DNA of 64,000 bases, from contig JAVECO010000004.1 in NCBI GenBank assembly GCA_051942205.1, positions 1 through 64,000 on the forward strand. Reading direction: 5' to 3'. This document shows positions 11,519-25,461 of the stretch, piece after piece (positions within the stretch are counted from its first letter, which is position 1; each line of letters starts with the position of its first letter). Both the position numbers and the translations under genes were made by a program. This DNA comes from Coniocarpon cinnabarinum (taxonomy: Eukaryota). The notes below the pieces were generated by a model. That model made no database searches and had not been told where the DNA came from. It saw only the letters and a program-made list of their open reading frames with translations.

Positions 11519-12940
11519 TCACCACAGAAATCGAGTCCTAATACGGGAACTGAGCACTTCGAAGCTGTCGTACATCTCTTGGATCTGTTCCCTGCTGACG
11601 TCCTTAACATCAGCCATGACATAGGCGACGTCTCCTTTGCTGTCACTCATCTGCTTCTCCACGTTGTGATCGCCAAGAATCTCGTTGACTCGACGAAGCA
11701 CACCTGGTACGTTCTTGTGGATAAACACCACACGAACGTGACCGACGTCCTCGGCAGCGAGAGCACGCAGTTGAACCTCTGGCATGTTCACTGAGCCGAT
11801 AGTCACACCTTCATTGACATATCCCACAAGCGCATTGGCAACCTCGACGCCGATGGCTCTTTGTGCTTCCTCTGTCGAGCCACCGATGTGGGGTGTCAGG
11901 ATGATGTTCTTGCAGGAGCGGAGCGCTTCGGCCCAAGAGTTGAGTGAGCCGGTGAAATAGTCACCATTTCCAGCCGGTTCGTTGGGATAGACGTCCAGCG
12001 CCGCCCCTGCAAGCTTGCCTGTCCTGGATGCATCTACAAGAGCTTGGATGTCGACAACAGTGCCGCGAGACGCATTGATAAGGTATGAGCCATTGCGCAT
12101 TTGCGAAAGCTGCTCAGCGCCGATCATGTTCTTTGTTTCTGGAGTTTCTGGTACATGGAGAGTGACAAAGTCCGAACCACGAAGAAGGTCTTCCAATGAA
12201 CCAACCTGCTTTGCTGTGCCCATAGACATGAGGTTGATCACATCATAGTAGATTACACTCATGCCAAGGGCCTCTGCCAGCACACTGAGTTGATTGCCGA
12301 TGTGACCATAGCCAACAATGCCTAAAGTCTTCCCGCGCACCTCCCAACAGCCCGCGCTGACTTTATTCCAGCGGCCTTGATGCATCTCCATCGAGCGGTC
12401 ACCAAGCTGTCTAGCTAGCGCAACGATCTCTGCTATCACAAGCTCCGCGACCGATCTGGAGTTTGAGAAAGGGGAATTGAAAACTGCAACACCCTTGTTT
12501 GCGGCTGCAGTCAGATCGACTTGATTCGTTCCAATGCAGAAACATCCTACAACGAGCAGATTCTTTGCAGCGTCTAGTACTCTGGAAGTGATCTTGGTCT
12601 TGGAGCGAATGCCCAACACGTGCACATCTTTGATTCTTTCCATAAGTTCATCCTCCTGCAACGCACCCTTGACTGCTTCTACCTGATAGTCTTGGTCACG
12701 AAGAATTTGCTGTCCGATTTCGTTTACATTTTCAAGCAGTAATATCTTGATCTCTTGTTGCGCGAATGGCTTGAGCTGGCGGGCTTCATTTGTTTGGGTC
12801 CGGGATAGATCCAGACGGCTGCTATTGGATTTGTAGGAGCGCTCTGGCGAAGCATACCTACTTGCGTTGGGCGAGCTTGCCACATTCAAGCTATTGGAAA
12901 GTGCATGTGATAGGCCGTTAACAGCGTTTTTGATATCCAT
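11519..12940 (-). CDS. SER3: D-3-phosphoglycerate dehydrogenase
   Basis: GIRSKT, GCFCIGTNQVDL, FNSPFSNSRSVAELV, GIVGYGHIG, TPHIGGSTEEAQ and a C-terminal ACT-like region (HKNVPGVL). Confidence 0.96.
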   Translation of the reverse strand: MDIKNAVNGLSHALSNSLNVASSPNASRYASPERSYKSNSSRLDLSRTQTNEARQLKPFAQQEIKILLLENVNEIGQQILRDQDYQVEAVKGALQEDELMERIKDVHVLGIRSKTKITSRVLDAAKNLLVVGCFCIGTNQVDLTAAANKGVAVFNSPFSNSRSVAELVIAEIVALARQLGDRSMEMHQGRWNKVSAGCWEVRGKTLGIVGYGHIGNQLSVLAEALGMSVIYYDVINLMSMGTAKQVGSLEDLLRGSDFVTLHVPETPETKNMIGAEQLSQMRNGSYLINASRGTVVDIQALVDASRTGKLAGAALDVYPNEPAGNGDYFTGSLNSWAEALRSCKNIILTPHIGGSTEEAQRAIGVEVANALVGYVNEGVTIGSVNMPEVQLRALAAEDVGHVRVVFIHKNVPGVLRRVNEILGDHNVEKQMSDSKGDVAYVMADVKDVSREQIQEMYDSFEVLSSRIRTRFLW

Positions 12941-13174
12941 TCTGGCGGGAGCTAATCACCGGCGACACGGGTGAAAGAAAGGCTTCTAGCGATACGAAAC
13001 TTCTTGATCGGCGAGAGCTATGGTCGTTCAGTGTTTTCGATGAGTTTGGCCATCATGAGCTTGAAAAATTTGGACATGTTGCTGGCTCGCTCTTTCGCAC
13101 TCCGTAATTGCTCACACCGACAAATTTCGGGATCCCGAGCCACAGAGAGGCAGCCACACAGAGAGGCAGCCACA

Positions 13175-13227
13175 CACGTGACTGTTGCAAGGGCGCGGAA
13201 TATGCTCCGAGTACGCGGCGTCACGTG
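13175..13227. promoter_or_regulatory. Two GTCACGTG (Cbf1-type E-box) motifs upstream of SER3
   Basis: CACGTGAC at 13175-13182 and GTCACGTG at 13220-13227, ~235-290 bp upstream of the SER3 ATG. Confidence 0.45.
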
Positions 13228-14872
13228 GCGCCGTAACGGCTCCACTCTCTAGGGCAAAGGGGGCGCTCACAACGTAGCATGATCGCCACGGCGTTTTCGT
13301 CCGATCCTACTCTGCTCAGAACGCCATGCTAACCCACGGACGGAACCGAGAAAGCAAAGGCACAGGCGAGGCAGCACCTCTGCAAATCCTGTCGTTTCCG
13401 CGGCGTGGCACTTCAAAGAACAGACGAAACTCAAAGTAAGCTCCCGCACGCTACGGAGCACGTCGCCAGCCTACTGCGCCAGCACGAGATAAGCTCCTCT
13501 CACTTAAATCATCCTGCAGTAGCCGTGCGATCAAGATAGACGCACAATGTACTGTGGAACAGCAAAGATCGCTGAAGACTCGCTACATTCGAATCACAGA
13601 AATAAGCATTGAAGATTCGGTTATTTTCACCATAACGAGATCTGCAAGTCATGACTAGAGAGCATGAGCTCGTGCCTACTCATGTTATAAATTTAGTGCG
13701 TCTTCGTCGGGCTCCAGTCATTCGTTCAGGACGATGCTTTCCTTTTACTCAATACGTTTCGGAATGACAAGCTTACCATGGTTTGTCGCAACCTGTTGGT
13801 GTTCTGCTGGTCGTCGCGCAATTTGTCGATGTCGGTTTCCCCTCGTTCAGCCTCATACGCGAGCAAATAAGCTAAGACCAGCCTCTTTGATTCACGTGTG
13901 AGGGGCCCCGACCTCACGGCCCGTGCAATAGGCGTCTGGCCCGCTGGCCCAAAAGCACAGGGCTGCAGCTGCACTGGTGGACGGGTCACTTCGTCAGGAC
14001 TCTCGCTTGTAGCGTGCATGCACCAATCACATTGATCTGGGAGCGAAAATGATCCGTGCACCTCGCAGCCTTCTCCTAATAGCACAACTTAATCTGACTG
14101 ACGGTTTCCTAGCGTGTCCTGCCTATGACTTGCTCAGCACATTTCGTGACTATCGACACGCACTATCAATACTATTCGAGCCAAAGCATGGTCCGGATAG
14201 AGACTCATAGCGATCCGCATGAGCTGGCACTAGCCGCCCCTCAAATGATTCTGCGACCAATCTTGGGAAGATATTCTGCTCAGGGGACGCTCGTACCGGC
14301 ACTCCGCAAGCCGCGCGGATGTACACGAGGGAAGAACAGGGACTTTTGTGTCGGCCTGCTGCTGGTCTTGCATGATGTGAAGCGTGCGTCCATGTGGTTG
14401 ACATATGCATCATGCATCAAGAATAACAACCGCTGTAAGGATTCTCCACGTGGACCGCGATCGCTATGAACTCGGATCCCTGCGGTATCTTTCAAACTTG
14501 CATGTAGGATATACAGTAGTCGTTTGACCACATGGCAGAGCCCGCCATTTCCCTGGATCAGAACGCGGGTTCTGCCTTTCTTAGCTTGCTTGGCCCTGCA
14601 AGCAAGGATTGTTAGACTTATCATTGGATCTCGTGCTGCTCATCCGATCTCTCTTTACAAGGCTCTCGAAGTGGCGCGCGGGTGGTCTTGACTCACCTCA
14701 AGGTGCGATCAGCGCTGGACAGCACGTTTTAGAATCCATGGAGGCCGCCACAATCTTGTTGATACACCTTTAGCAGCTGCGCACTTCCGAGCAGCCAGTC
14801 TGTTGAAGAGCCTGTCAATAGCATTCTGGGCCAGTCGCATAGCTTGATCCTTCCACTTCGACCTGAGACGAT

Positions 14873-16201
14873 ATGACCTCAACGTCAAAATCACGTCGAA
14901 TGTGGACGAAAGAGGAGGATGAAACGTTACGCCGAATAGCCGAAGCACAAGCTTTGAGTATGCCTACGGAACCACATGATAATTTGCAGGTGCTAATTGT
15001 TGGCTAGCCTGCAATGGCTCGGTCAAGGACTGGTGTGCGATATCAAAATTGCTCCCTGGCAGGTCAAACAAGGATTGTCGTAAGCGATTCAGCAAGGTCG
15101 TGAAAAGTGTCAACAAAGGCACTTGGTCACCCGAGGAGGATCGGAAACTTATCGAAGCCATAGAGACTTGCGGTCCAAGGTTGGTCATGCCAACGCTCGC
15201 AATGGTGTTTCATTCCACTAAAGATGACGTTTTAGCTGGCAACTAGTCGCTGAGAGAGTGGGGTCGAGGCACGCAGAGCGTAAGTCGACCGTCATTAACT
15301 GTCTTTAATATCATGAGGCCGCGATTCTGACACCAGCGCTCCGTTAGAGTGCGCAAAGCGTTGGCAACACTCTTTGGACCCGAACATTGATCGCAGCGAA
15401 TGGTCGCAGCACGAAAATCAGATGCTTCTCGATGCTGTTCGTGATACCGGCCGCAGCTGGCGGACCATTTGTAAAAATCATTTTCCACAGAGGTGAGGAA
15501 AGCAAATGCTGTCAACTACACTATGCCATGCTCACACCCCTAGATCCACAACTGACATTAAGAATCATTACGAATATCTTATTCGGCACATGAAGAACTC
15601 GGGTCGTCCTCTTGCAAACCAACAGGGTCAAGCCATTGTTGTATCTACGCCGTGTGAAGAGTCGTCTGAGACCTCTGAAGAAACCCTGTCTCCACAATCC
15701 GTCTCTTCTGCTGGTCACCCATCTGTATATGGCAGGACAGAACACATACTTACCGGCTGTCACCCTAATCCCAACACGTTCGCGAACTTTGACCTCCACA
15801 ACACTGGTGGACACTTCATGCCCACAGTTTCCGCTTCACAACCTCTGACTCATTATCCAGCACAAAGCATGAACCTTAATGCAGCTCCACAAGCACTTCC
15901 TCCAGTAAATGGAGCAGACCACGCCTTTGTCGCTCACACAGGATACGCGCAGAGTCCAATGCTGCCGCTGCCAACGCAAGCCCCTCTCAATCATCAGCTA
16001 GTCGTCAACACTCATTTCAGCTCCGCGCCTGGAAGCGACAATCTAATCCTCAGCGCCACTATGCCTCCAACGGCACCGCCTGTAGCCGCAGCTGGGCTTT
16101 CGCCGCCTGATATGGGATCCCTCCCTTACCCGCAATATTCCATCCCGGGCTTCGACGCTTACCACCATCTTCGCCAAGCGTACTCTTCGCCACCACATTG
16201 A
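14873..16201 (+). CDS. Three-repeat Myb DNA-binding transcription factor (5 exons)
   Basis: Spliced model gives WTKEEDETL...DWCAISKLLPGRSNKDCRKRF / KGTWSPEEDRKL...SWQLVAERVGSRHAEQCAKRW / RSEWSQHENQML...SWRTI...RSTTDIKNHY, followed by a P/S/H-rich tail. Confidence 0.88.
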
Positions 16202-16751
16202 TTGAACCAGCATGTATTTCAGGTCTTTGAAGGATCTACCGTGCGAAACCGCATTGGTCGCCTTCGGCTGCCGAAGAAGCGTCTTGTTGACGGCTTAATC
16301 GTGTGGCAATCACTCAAGGCTTTGAAAGGTATTTCGTGCGTATGGCGTTACGATGGGCGGTCTCATATGGATCCGCAAATATGCATCGATAGACGCCGCC
16401 TATCGAGCGTTGCCGCATTGCTTATCACAGAGGCGACAGCTCGAGCATGACACCGATGGCTATATATACCACACCTCTCTCGACCCCGGCTTCTGCAGAC
16501 ATCACTTCACAACCAACCACAGCAACGTCCAGGGCAGCCGGCCTGCTTCTACAAACCATCTCTCATCACGTTTCTCAATAAGAACCTCCGTGACTCCAGG
16601 CCAACAATACCTCAAAGCGTACACCTTAAGCAATAAGTCTGCTGGTCAAATCTGATCTACACTTATTTCACGGCCGACTTCTCGACCGAATAATCTCATC
16701 TACCCTTGATCACGTCCGGCCGTTGCCAGCTCAGAGCAATCATAAAAGGCC

Positions 16752-17015
16752 ATGCCTTGGCAAAAAAGTTCCGACAGCAAGTCATCGTCCAACCCGAGCC
16801 GTGGACCTTCAGCCCTTGCGGCACAGCCTTCTGCGGGCACCGGCAAGCAAGCGCTCACCGTCCAGACTGACTCTTCAAACCCATCGGGTGGCGTTCCTGA
16901 GCCGCGTCCAAACACCTACGAGTTGAGCGCTGATTCCCCTGCTGTGCCGAAACAGACGGACAAGAAGGACAAGCCGACCAAGGAGCAGAAGAAGGACCAT
17001 TCATCCAGTACATGA
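16752..17015 (+). CDS. Small hydrophilic hypothetical protein (87 aa)
   Basis: ATG in GCCATG context; S/P/K/D-rich protein-like composition; no family recognised. Confidence 0.4.
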   Translation: MPWQKSSDSKSSSNPSRGPSALAAQPSAGTGKQALTVQTDSSNPSGGVPEPRPNTYELSADSPAVPKQTDKKDKPTKEQKKDHSSST

Positions 17016-19598
17016 CCAGTTCAAATGGACACTCCACGAGACTCAGACCACTTTCCCGGTATCTCCAACTCTGGATACACAGCACAAACTTCGATTCTTC
17101 GGGCTTTGCACCACCAGCTTTGGTCCTCAACCAGACCCTGGAGAACTACAAGTCTTTCTGCACCTTCGAGACTTACATCCAGTTTATTGTCCTACGTTGA
17201 GATCGGAAACGATGAGTAGCCTCGCGGCCGTCTCAGGGTCATCAATGCTTGATACTCACAGCGAAGGAGGTCCATAAACATTCTTACGCGGAAGCTGCCA
17301 ATATCCTTCCTAGCTACGTAAACCCTTCCATAGACTCTAATCAATAAACCTCACAAACGTCCACTGCGTTCTGAATCACCTAATCTAGCATTGACGTCAA
17401 CGGCCTCGCTGCTCTTCGTCTAAACCTAGATATCGCGACGCTGTCGCTGCCCGTCTGTCATAGACAGTCGTTCTTATAATCGCACATTTTGAGCTTTGCG
17501 AAGCTTGGAGAGTCGTAGGCGTTGAGCGCTCATGCCTCTGAAATGCCTATTCGCCATTGCTGAAGGATTGATGCTCTCCCGCACGTCGCCATGCAATCGG
17601 TGTGCTGAGAAGCGCGTGAAGGGTGCGCGCATTGCGTTGGCACGGAGCAAGGACCGAAATGCACAGGCGCGGGAGTTTCTGGTCAGTAATTGGGATTCAC
17701 TAATGCACAAGGCAGCTTGGCAAGTGTGCCTGTGACGGGTGAGAAGCAATATCAAGAACACATTTCTATCAGGTAACGACATTACATTCGATGCTTGGTG
17801 AGCGGCACAAACATGTACGTGGCTGAGGCCAAGAGGTAGATTTGATGGAAGAAGGTGCTACCTTAAGCTTGAACGGCCCCTCGCATGAGTGCAACTGGAA
17901 CGACGTAGTTGGCACGCGATGCACCATGCTTTGCCCTTCATGTCCTCTGATCTTCGTGACGGGACCTATCCTTTTCCACGGAGAACATGCAATACGACGG
18001 CCGAGATGGAGTCTTTCCTCATCCCAAATGCCACCCGCAAAACCCTAACTTCCTCTTTGCAATCCACAGCCTGACACATCATCCCTTCTCCACCGCTCCA
18101 CCGTTCCACAAATTCCGGGCAACACCCAATCACCCGCCCATCGCGGAGCGAGCTCAACGGGATGGACTAGCAGAAAAAGAGGGCAGTACTGTCTCCTCGA
18201 GTCTCAACCCACCACGGAGCCCAAGCACTTACTGACAGCCTTGGCTGAGAGGGACGTTCATCAGTAGCGAACCGAAGCTCAAGCAGATGATGAACTGGCC
18301 TCTCACATCCGGAGATGCTTGCCGTTGAAGGACCTCGTCCCGGCTGCGGTCGGTGTCGTCGTCCGTGTGCAGTAGAGCGTATCATGCTGCTAGAGGGAAA
18401 GGCGTCTGCACAATGGTGGTGGGGTTGGCCGTACTGAGTGTACTGGGCGATTGAGTGGAGAATCATGGGTGAGACTTGCCTGACATCAACACTGACCATC
18501 CTCCACCTTGCTGAGCTCCTCCATTGATCTATCCAACATCCATCTCAACAGATTGCGTTTCTCATGTGTCGACTGTTAGAGAGGTTAGACATTGGAAGAA
18601 TTTGAGCCACATGGATGAAACTCACGTGCGGGGTTGACAAGTCGAAGTTTCAGATAGTGCCATTGCTTATGGTAGAACTTTTGGCAGTGACAAAAGTGGC
18701 AGAAGAGGCGGTATCAGAACATGCTGTCAAATGAGTTGCCGCCTCTGTTTGGGTCAAGCTTGAAGAAGTCAGCAAGCGAGATGAGCAACGACGAAGAACG
18801 GATGACCTGCTTTACCTTCAGGGGGGTGCGTCTGTGACCAAATTGCGAACAGGTGATAGAGTTACTTGAAGACATCGTGATCACGTTCCGCTTGAGGGTC
18901 TGACATTGGGTTTGGGGGTGTGCCAGTAGCGTTGAGGTTCATGAGTAGAGACTGGGGCGAAAAGGTGTCTAAGAAGCCAGATGTGCGAAGGCTGACGGTG
19001 TTGGGAGTGAACAATGAGAGTTTGACGAGACGTGGAAAAGTCCTGTCGGATGCATGACCAAGAGGTGCAGAGTTGGTTGAGCGAAAGAAAGAGAGGAACC
19101 AACAGCTGCTAAAATATTGTGGGCTTCTTAGGGTATGTGCTAGTCTAAAAGTAGTATAGTAGTTGTCATCGCGACTACCAGAGCTCGAGCCTGCCTCATG
19201 AGATACCTAATTGGGACTTACAGCTTTGTGCTCATACGGATGCCAGGCCACGTGCTCTAGATGCTGGGAAATCAAAGCGGGCAATTCGGCTGCAAAATGA
19301 ATCACACGCTTCATAGATATCTACGAGCTTTTAATGAGGAGAGCCCGCGCATCTATAAGTGGTACATCTCAAGTCGGTCAAGGTCGTGCATTCAAAGTAC
19401 GTCATTGGTCCGTACTTTCTATTTTCGTCCTCGACGCGAGGGTCGGATGCTTACCTATGCGAAAGCGCGCCAGGCCGCTGCCTATCGCAGTCTAAGTATT
19501 CCTTTCATTCATCAACATGAACAACGTGCCATGCCGTCGGCTGCAGTCGAGATAGCATAGGCTCACATCCTTGGAATACCCCTTTCCGCGCCAGCAGT

Positions 19599-20978
19599 AT
19601 GGCAGAACCAGCACGCAGACGACGCAACCCGACCCAACCGTTAGCTGTGGAGGAAGATGTTAACTCATCACCCAAGCTGGGATCGGCCACCAGCCCGGCT
19701 CCTCGACTGGGCTTTTTCGAAGTCGTGAGGATGCTGGCGTTTGTAGCCTACTTCATGATCAGTATCATCGCGTAAGTTAGCCACTGTTGACAATGCCACA
19801 TGCAACTTGTCCGTGGCTAAGTGTTTGTATCAGCATTCATGCAGGTCAATTACTCTTTGCCCCGCTGTACTTCTTTAACAAGCGTCGCTACTACGCCTGC
19901 ATGGCCTTTACCAAACAACAATTCGGTCTCCTGATCAACGCTATTACTCAATGGTTCTCTCCAACAGTCGTCAGAATTAGCGCCGATGACACTGTTGCAG
20001 ACGAGATCAGGCTTGCATCGGATGGCAGGCTCGAATGTAGCTTTGCACATCGAGCCATCGTTATGGCCAATCATCAGGTAAGTTGCTGGCTGGCATGGGC
20101 GACCCTCGGACATTGCACTCTGCATGAGTCGCGTCATTTTTGGAGCTATACTGACCAGGTCCAAGATATATACTGACTGGCTATACCTCTGGTGGATCAG
20201 CTACGCCAATCGAATTCATGGCCACATCTTCATCATTCTGAAACAGTCCCTCAGATGGATACCAATGCTGGGGCCTGGCATGATGTTTTACAGCTTCATA
20301 TTTCTCGCACGTGACTGGGCTAAGGACAAAGCTCGAATACACTACCGGCTACAGAAATTGCAAACGCAGATTGACGGTACCGAGTCCAGCAGTGGTAATC
20401 TCGATCCGATGTGGGTCCTAATTTTCCCTGAGGGCACCAACTTGTCCGATAACGCTCGTCGAGCTAGTGCAAGTTGGGCGGCGAAGAACAACATCAATGA
20501 TATGCAACATCAGCTTCTGCCACGGACAACAGGCCTTCAATTCTGCTTGTCAGAGTTACGAAAAACGGTGGATTGGGTGTACGACTGCACAATTGCATAT
20601 GAAGGCATTCCGCGGGGTGAGTTCGGTCAAGACGTATTTACTCTTCGCTCGATATACTTTCAGGGTCGGGCTCCAAAATCTGTCAACATGTATTGGAGGC
20701 GCTATCGAGTTTCTGAAATACCTGTCGAGGACGCAAAGCTCTTTGAGAAATGGCTCATGGATCGCTGGCGTGAGAAGGATGCGCTTCTTGAAGGTTTCAT
20801 GCAAACAGGACGCTTTCCACCGAACGCACCGGCAGCAAGAAAAGAGACACGACGCGCCCGGGGGGCATATTACGAGACAGCAGTCATGCAGAAATACACG
20901 GGAGAACTCCTGCTAATTTTTCTGCCGGCGGCGATACTGAGCGCAGCTGCTGTGGTGATCAAGTTTATGTTCTTATGA
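19599..20978 (+). CDS. Lysophospholipid acyltransferase (LCLAT1/Cst26-like)
   Basis: Spliced NHQ|IYTDWLYLW (HxxxxD motif I), ILKQSLRWIP, FIFLARDWAKD, IFPEGTN, LLPRTTGL, YDCTIAY and WREKDALL. Confidence 0.9.
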
Positions 20979-21395
20979 GAGCACCTTGCTCGACCAATGA
21001 ATAGATACCCAAACGCAATGAGCTGGCATGACGACCTCTCTAGAACAATTAGAGATCATCAACGAGTTACCTCTGCTAAGGCAACCCATTGTCTCCGCCT
21101 GTCTGATGTTCACTGATTGGCTTTTCAGTCCAACCTCAAGAGAACCGCGGGTTAAACCCTTAGGTTGGTTGTAGGCGCTGCCCAACAATGTCCGCTTAAC
21201 CCCGAAACGGGACCTCGCATTCGCTCTGCTTTCTTTCATTTGCAACCCGAGTCTCTTCATATGTTCGTTGTACGGAAAGTGCAGTAACCTTACCTTGAAG
21301 TCATTACCGACATGGTCTCGACTTCATGAAGGTACTCTGGCCTACATTTACTCCATCGTGTTTGCACTCAGAGAAAAGCTTACGAGGCGGCCGCC

Positions 21396-24300
21396 ATGGC
21401 TGTCCTCACCAATGGGAATGTGCACGAACCCCATATCAGTCAAGGAATACCACTTCAGCGATTCTCAACAGTACCTCCTCAGCTCGAAGTACCTATCTAC
21501 AATGGAGAGCCTGGGGAAGCGGTCGACCTCGACCTGGAGGAGCTCATGGATGATCCAACTGAGCTTTGTACCTTGCTTGGGAATGAGCAGGTGGACAAGA
21601 GCTTCTGGATCACCACGGCTATGGCTTACGCCAAACAGTCGCGGCTCGAAGAGGCCGTCGACATTTTGAACCAAGCCATTCAGGCGCTGAGCAGCGGCAA
21701 AGCGCAAGATCGTCTGCAGCTCCATAACTGCCTGTGCTGGGTCCAGTTGATGAGAAGCAGGAAGGCGCCCAGAATTAAACCTGGTGAGTGCATCCCAAAT
21801 GCTATGATGAGCTTATGTTAACGTCAACGCACAGTGGACAGCCAGGTGGAAGACAAAGATCATTTTCTTCGTGCCGCGGTGTCAGCTTTGAATGACGCTT
21901 CACGGATACAGCCCTCCTTTGCTCCCTTGCAACTCGCGCGTGGAGTCTATTCATTACTTCGCGCTGGAGTTGAGCAAAGCCCGGCGACAAAACAACAGTC
22001 TCTCGATCAAGCGCAAACTTCCTTCGACGACTGTCTTCGATCCTCTGGCGGCAGGAACATGACTGCGTTGATGGGGAAAGCACGAGTGATGTTCGCAAAG
22101 CGCAGATATGAGGAGTCTCACAGATTATACCAGCAAGTCTTGACCCGTGCTCCAGAGCTTGTTGAGCCGGACCCCAGAATAGGCCTGGGTTGTTGTTTAT
22201 GGCAGATCAGTCACTTGGGTGACAGTGGAGAGGACGAGAACCTCAAAGAACACGCGCATCTTGCATGGCAGCGTGCTTTGGAGGTCAACCCATCGTCGAA
22301 GGTCGCAACTCAGCTTCTAGGACTGTACTATCTTTGGAAGAGCTCCAAGATGTCTACCGACGACCCTGAGTTTGCGAAAATGTACAAGAGATCAATCTTG
22401 GAATACACCCAGAAAGTGTTCAAAACTGACAACAACTTTCCCCTTGCGAATGCGACTTTCGGATCATACTTCTTCTCGCAAGGCACCGCCCAGGCTATGG
22501 AAAAGGTCGAAAAAACTGCGCGTAAAGCTATTGACCTGACCGATGCTACGCCAGTCGCCTCAGACGGATGGTACCTGCTGGCCAGGAAGGAACATCAATC
22601 TGGCGATCCCACAAAAGCATTGGAATTTTATCAACGGGCGGATGCCGCCCGTGGAGGTGCCGAGCAGGACAGTGCCAACCGAAATCAAGGATATGTACCC
22701 GCAAAATTTGGTATCGCACAGATTCGAATGATGCAAGGCGATTACAAAGGGGCTGAACGAGTGCTTGATCGCATCGACCCTCAGACCACCAAGAGCAAGC
22801 AGCGCAACATTGAAACTTTTGCAATACTGGGTCTACTTGCAGCGGAAGAAGTTTTCAATCCACCTCCTGCGCCAGTCGAAGCCAATGACAAATCGGCATT
22901 TGAAGAGAGACAACGAACGCTCGCCAAGAGGGCTTTGGAGTATCTCGGCACAGCACAACGCAGTTGGAACAACGCCAAAAAGTCGCAGAAGCCTGATGTA
23001 TCGGTGTTGCTTAATCTTGCAAGGCTTTATGAATCGTATAGTGTGGGCGAGCACGGGATGCTTATCACACATGGAAATGCTAGCAAAGCCTTGGAATGTT
23101 TGCTTCAAGTCCAAGAAATCGAAATGAATGAGTATTCAGACGAGGACCGACCCGAGGATCCTGACGAGCTCGCATCATGGCGCGATGCATTGAGCGAACA
23201 GTTGTCTCCACAGCTTCTCAACAATGTTGGATGCTTCCAGTTTCGGAACGAGAAGTTCGTGGAGGCCCAGGATATGTTTCAAAAAGCGTCCAAAGCTTGC
23301 ACGAAGCTTGAAGGCGAAGCAGGAGCAGATGCGGACGCTCTCCTCACCACGATCATGTTCAATCTCGGCCGATCTCTGGAGGCTCTTCGAAATTTTGAGC
23401 AGGCGAGAGAGGTTTATGAAAGCGTCCTCCAACGGCACAATGATTATCTAGATGCGCGAGTGCGGCTTGCGTTTATCACGTTGATTTTAGACCCTGGCGA
23501 AGAGAACAGAAACAAGACACTCAAGTTTCTGCATGACGAGAATTCGAGCGACATGGAAGTTCGTGCTCTTTGGGGATGGTACCTACGCAAGAGCAAGCGA
23601 CGCAATCCAAAGTTGAACGAGGACGTTGAGCAGCGCCACTTCAAACGATCTCTACAAAATTACAACCAACCCCATGATCAATATTCCCTCACAGCCATGG
23701 GTAACATTGTCTTGGTTCATGCCCGCGAGGATCTGCGTCAAGACTCCCAGAAACAGCAGCGCAAAGACGAATACGATCGTGCGATGCTATTCTTTCAGAA
23801 AGCCTTACAGTACGATAAGGGAAATGCCTATGCGGCTCAAGGCCTGGCGATCTGGTTGATCGAGGACCAGAAGAATTACTCCGAAGCTCTACAAGTGTTG
23901 ACTATCGTGAAGGATGCCATAGCAAAGGATTTCAGTGTCCATCTCAACCTGGGCCATCTCTATTGCGAGCTAAAGCAATATTCGCGTGCCATCGAGAGCT
24001 ATGAGTTAGCACTGCAACGCAAAGCCCACGAAAACGCTGGGTTCCATGCATCCACGGAAGCGAAAGCCGACTTGCAAATCCTCGGCTGTCTTGGTCGCGC
24101 CTGGCTTCTCAAAGGCAAGGCTGACAAGGACCTGAACGCCATGCAAAATGCGCTCCAACAATCTCGTCTTGCTCTTGATGCTGCATCGCCGGATCAGCCT
24201 CTGCATCTCAAATTCAACATTGCTTTCGTGGAGACGAACCTTGCGCAGATGATCCGCGCCATTGCGGAAAAGGATCGCACGCTTGACGATGTCACACGAA

Positions 24301-25223
24301 CAGCTGATGACGTTGAAGAAGCAATTACCATACTCGAAGACATGCGCGGTATGTCAAACCTTCCACCGCCTTTTGATCGCAGCTACATTGAACAACTCGC
24401 GAACATGGCCAAGAACACGTTGCGCCGGCAAATGGAACGTGAGGTCCAGAAGCAACGTGAGTACGAGGAGAAGAACGCCGATCGTCTTGCTCGTGCCCGT
24501 GAAGCCCGAGAGGCTGACATGCAGCGTCGTGAGGAGCAGCGGCTTGCTGCCGAGGCTCAAGAGGAGGAGAAGCGCCGCAAGGTTGCCGAAGAGAGGAAGA
24601 TTATGCAAGAACGGGATCGGCAGATTGCAGCAGAGCGCGAGGAAGAGATACGGCGGCAGGCTGAGGAAGACGAGCCCGAGTATGACAGTGAAGGTAACGT
24701 TATAGAAAAGAAGGGCAAAAAGAAGAAGAGTGCCAAACGCAAGAAGAACAAATCGGAGGACTTCATCAACGACGATGACGACCTGGGTGTCAATGGCGAT
24801 GGTGTGGGCCGTGGCGAGGGCAGTGACGCTACGCCAGCTGGCAGTGCAGATGAACGACCTCGAAAGAAGAGGAAGAGGCGATTAGAGAAACGCTCGAGTC
24901 AGAAGGCAAGCAAATACAAGAGTGCGGACCGTATCGATGACAGTGACGAAGATTTGCCTATGGAGGAAAAGATGGACACGGGCGCGGAGGAGGAGTTGTT
25001 TGGTGAAGAACAACCAGCTGCGGAAGAGGGCGACGTGCCCATGGGGGATGATTTAGGTGAGTCTGGAGAACCCACGCCAGCTGCGAGAAGGCCGAAGAGG
25101 GTGGTGGATGAGGAGGATGAAGAAGAAGAGGAGGAGGAGGAGGAGAATGGTGATGACGCTGCGGGGCCGAGCGCTGCTAGCGATGTGAATGGAGCCCTAG
25201 GTGACGAAGAGGAGGGAGAATAG
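21396..25223 (+). CDS. CTR9: PAF1 complex subunit Ctr9 (TPR repeats, acidic/basic tail)
   Basis: Intron 21784-21834. N-terminal EVPI...DLEEL.DDP.EL..LL.NE....FW; DPRIGLGCCLW, LLNNVG, NAYAAQGLAI, VHLNLGH, AIESYE; KYKSADRIDDSDE tail. Confidence 0.93.
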
Positions 25224-25461
25224 AACATGCACTGATTCAAGCGTGGCGCTGGTGATTTGGGTTTGGAAGCCGATCGTCTTTCGCCGGCAAAGCCACGCAA
25301 TAACATCCTTAATAGAAGGCGAGTCAATCTGTATTGGTATCTTGAGACTCATAGCAAAGATGTCCTAGCATCTAACCGCAATATTGGATCCATCGTATTC
25401 ACATTTTCAACTTCTTGGAACATGGAGACAATTTGCGCGGCAACAATTTTTCGGACTGGAC

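Noticed and set aside
13726..14085. Possible small minus-strand gene (RLVLAYLLAYEAERGETDIDKLRDD, donor near 13777)
   Set aside because: Could not build a start-to-stop spliced model; left uncalled.
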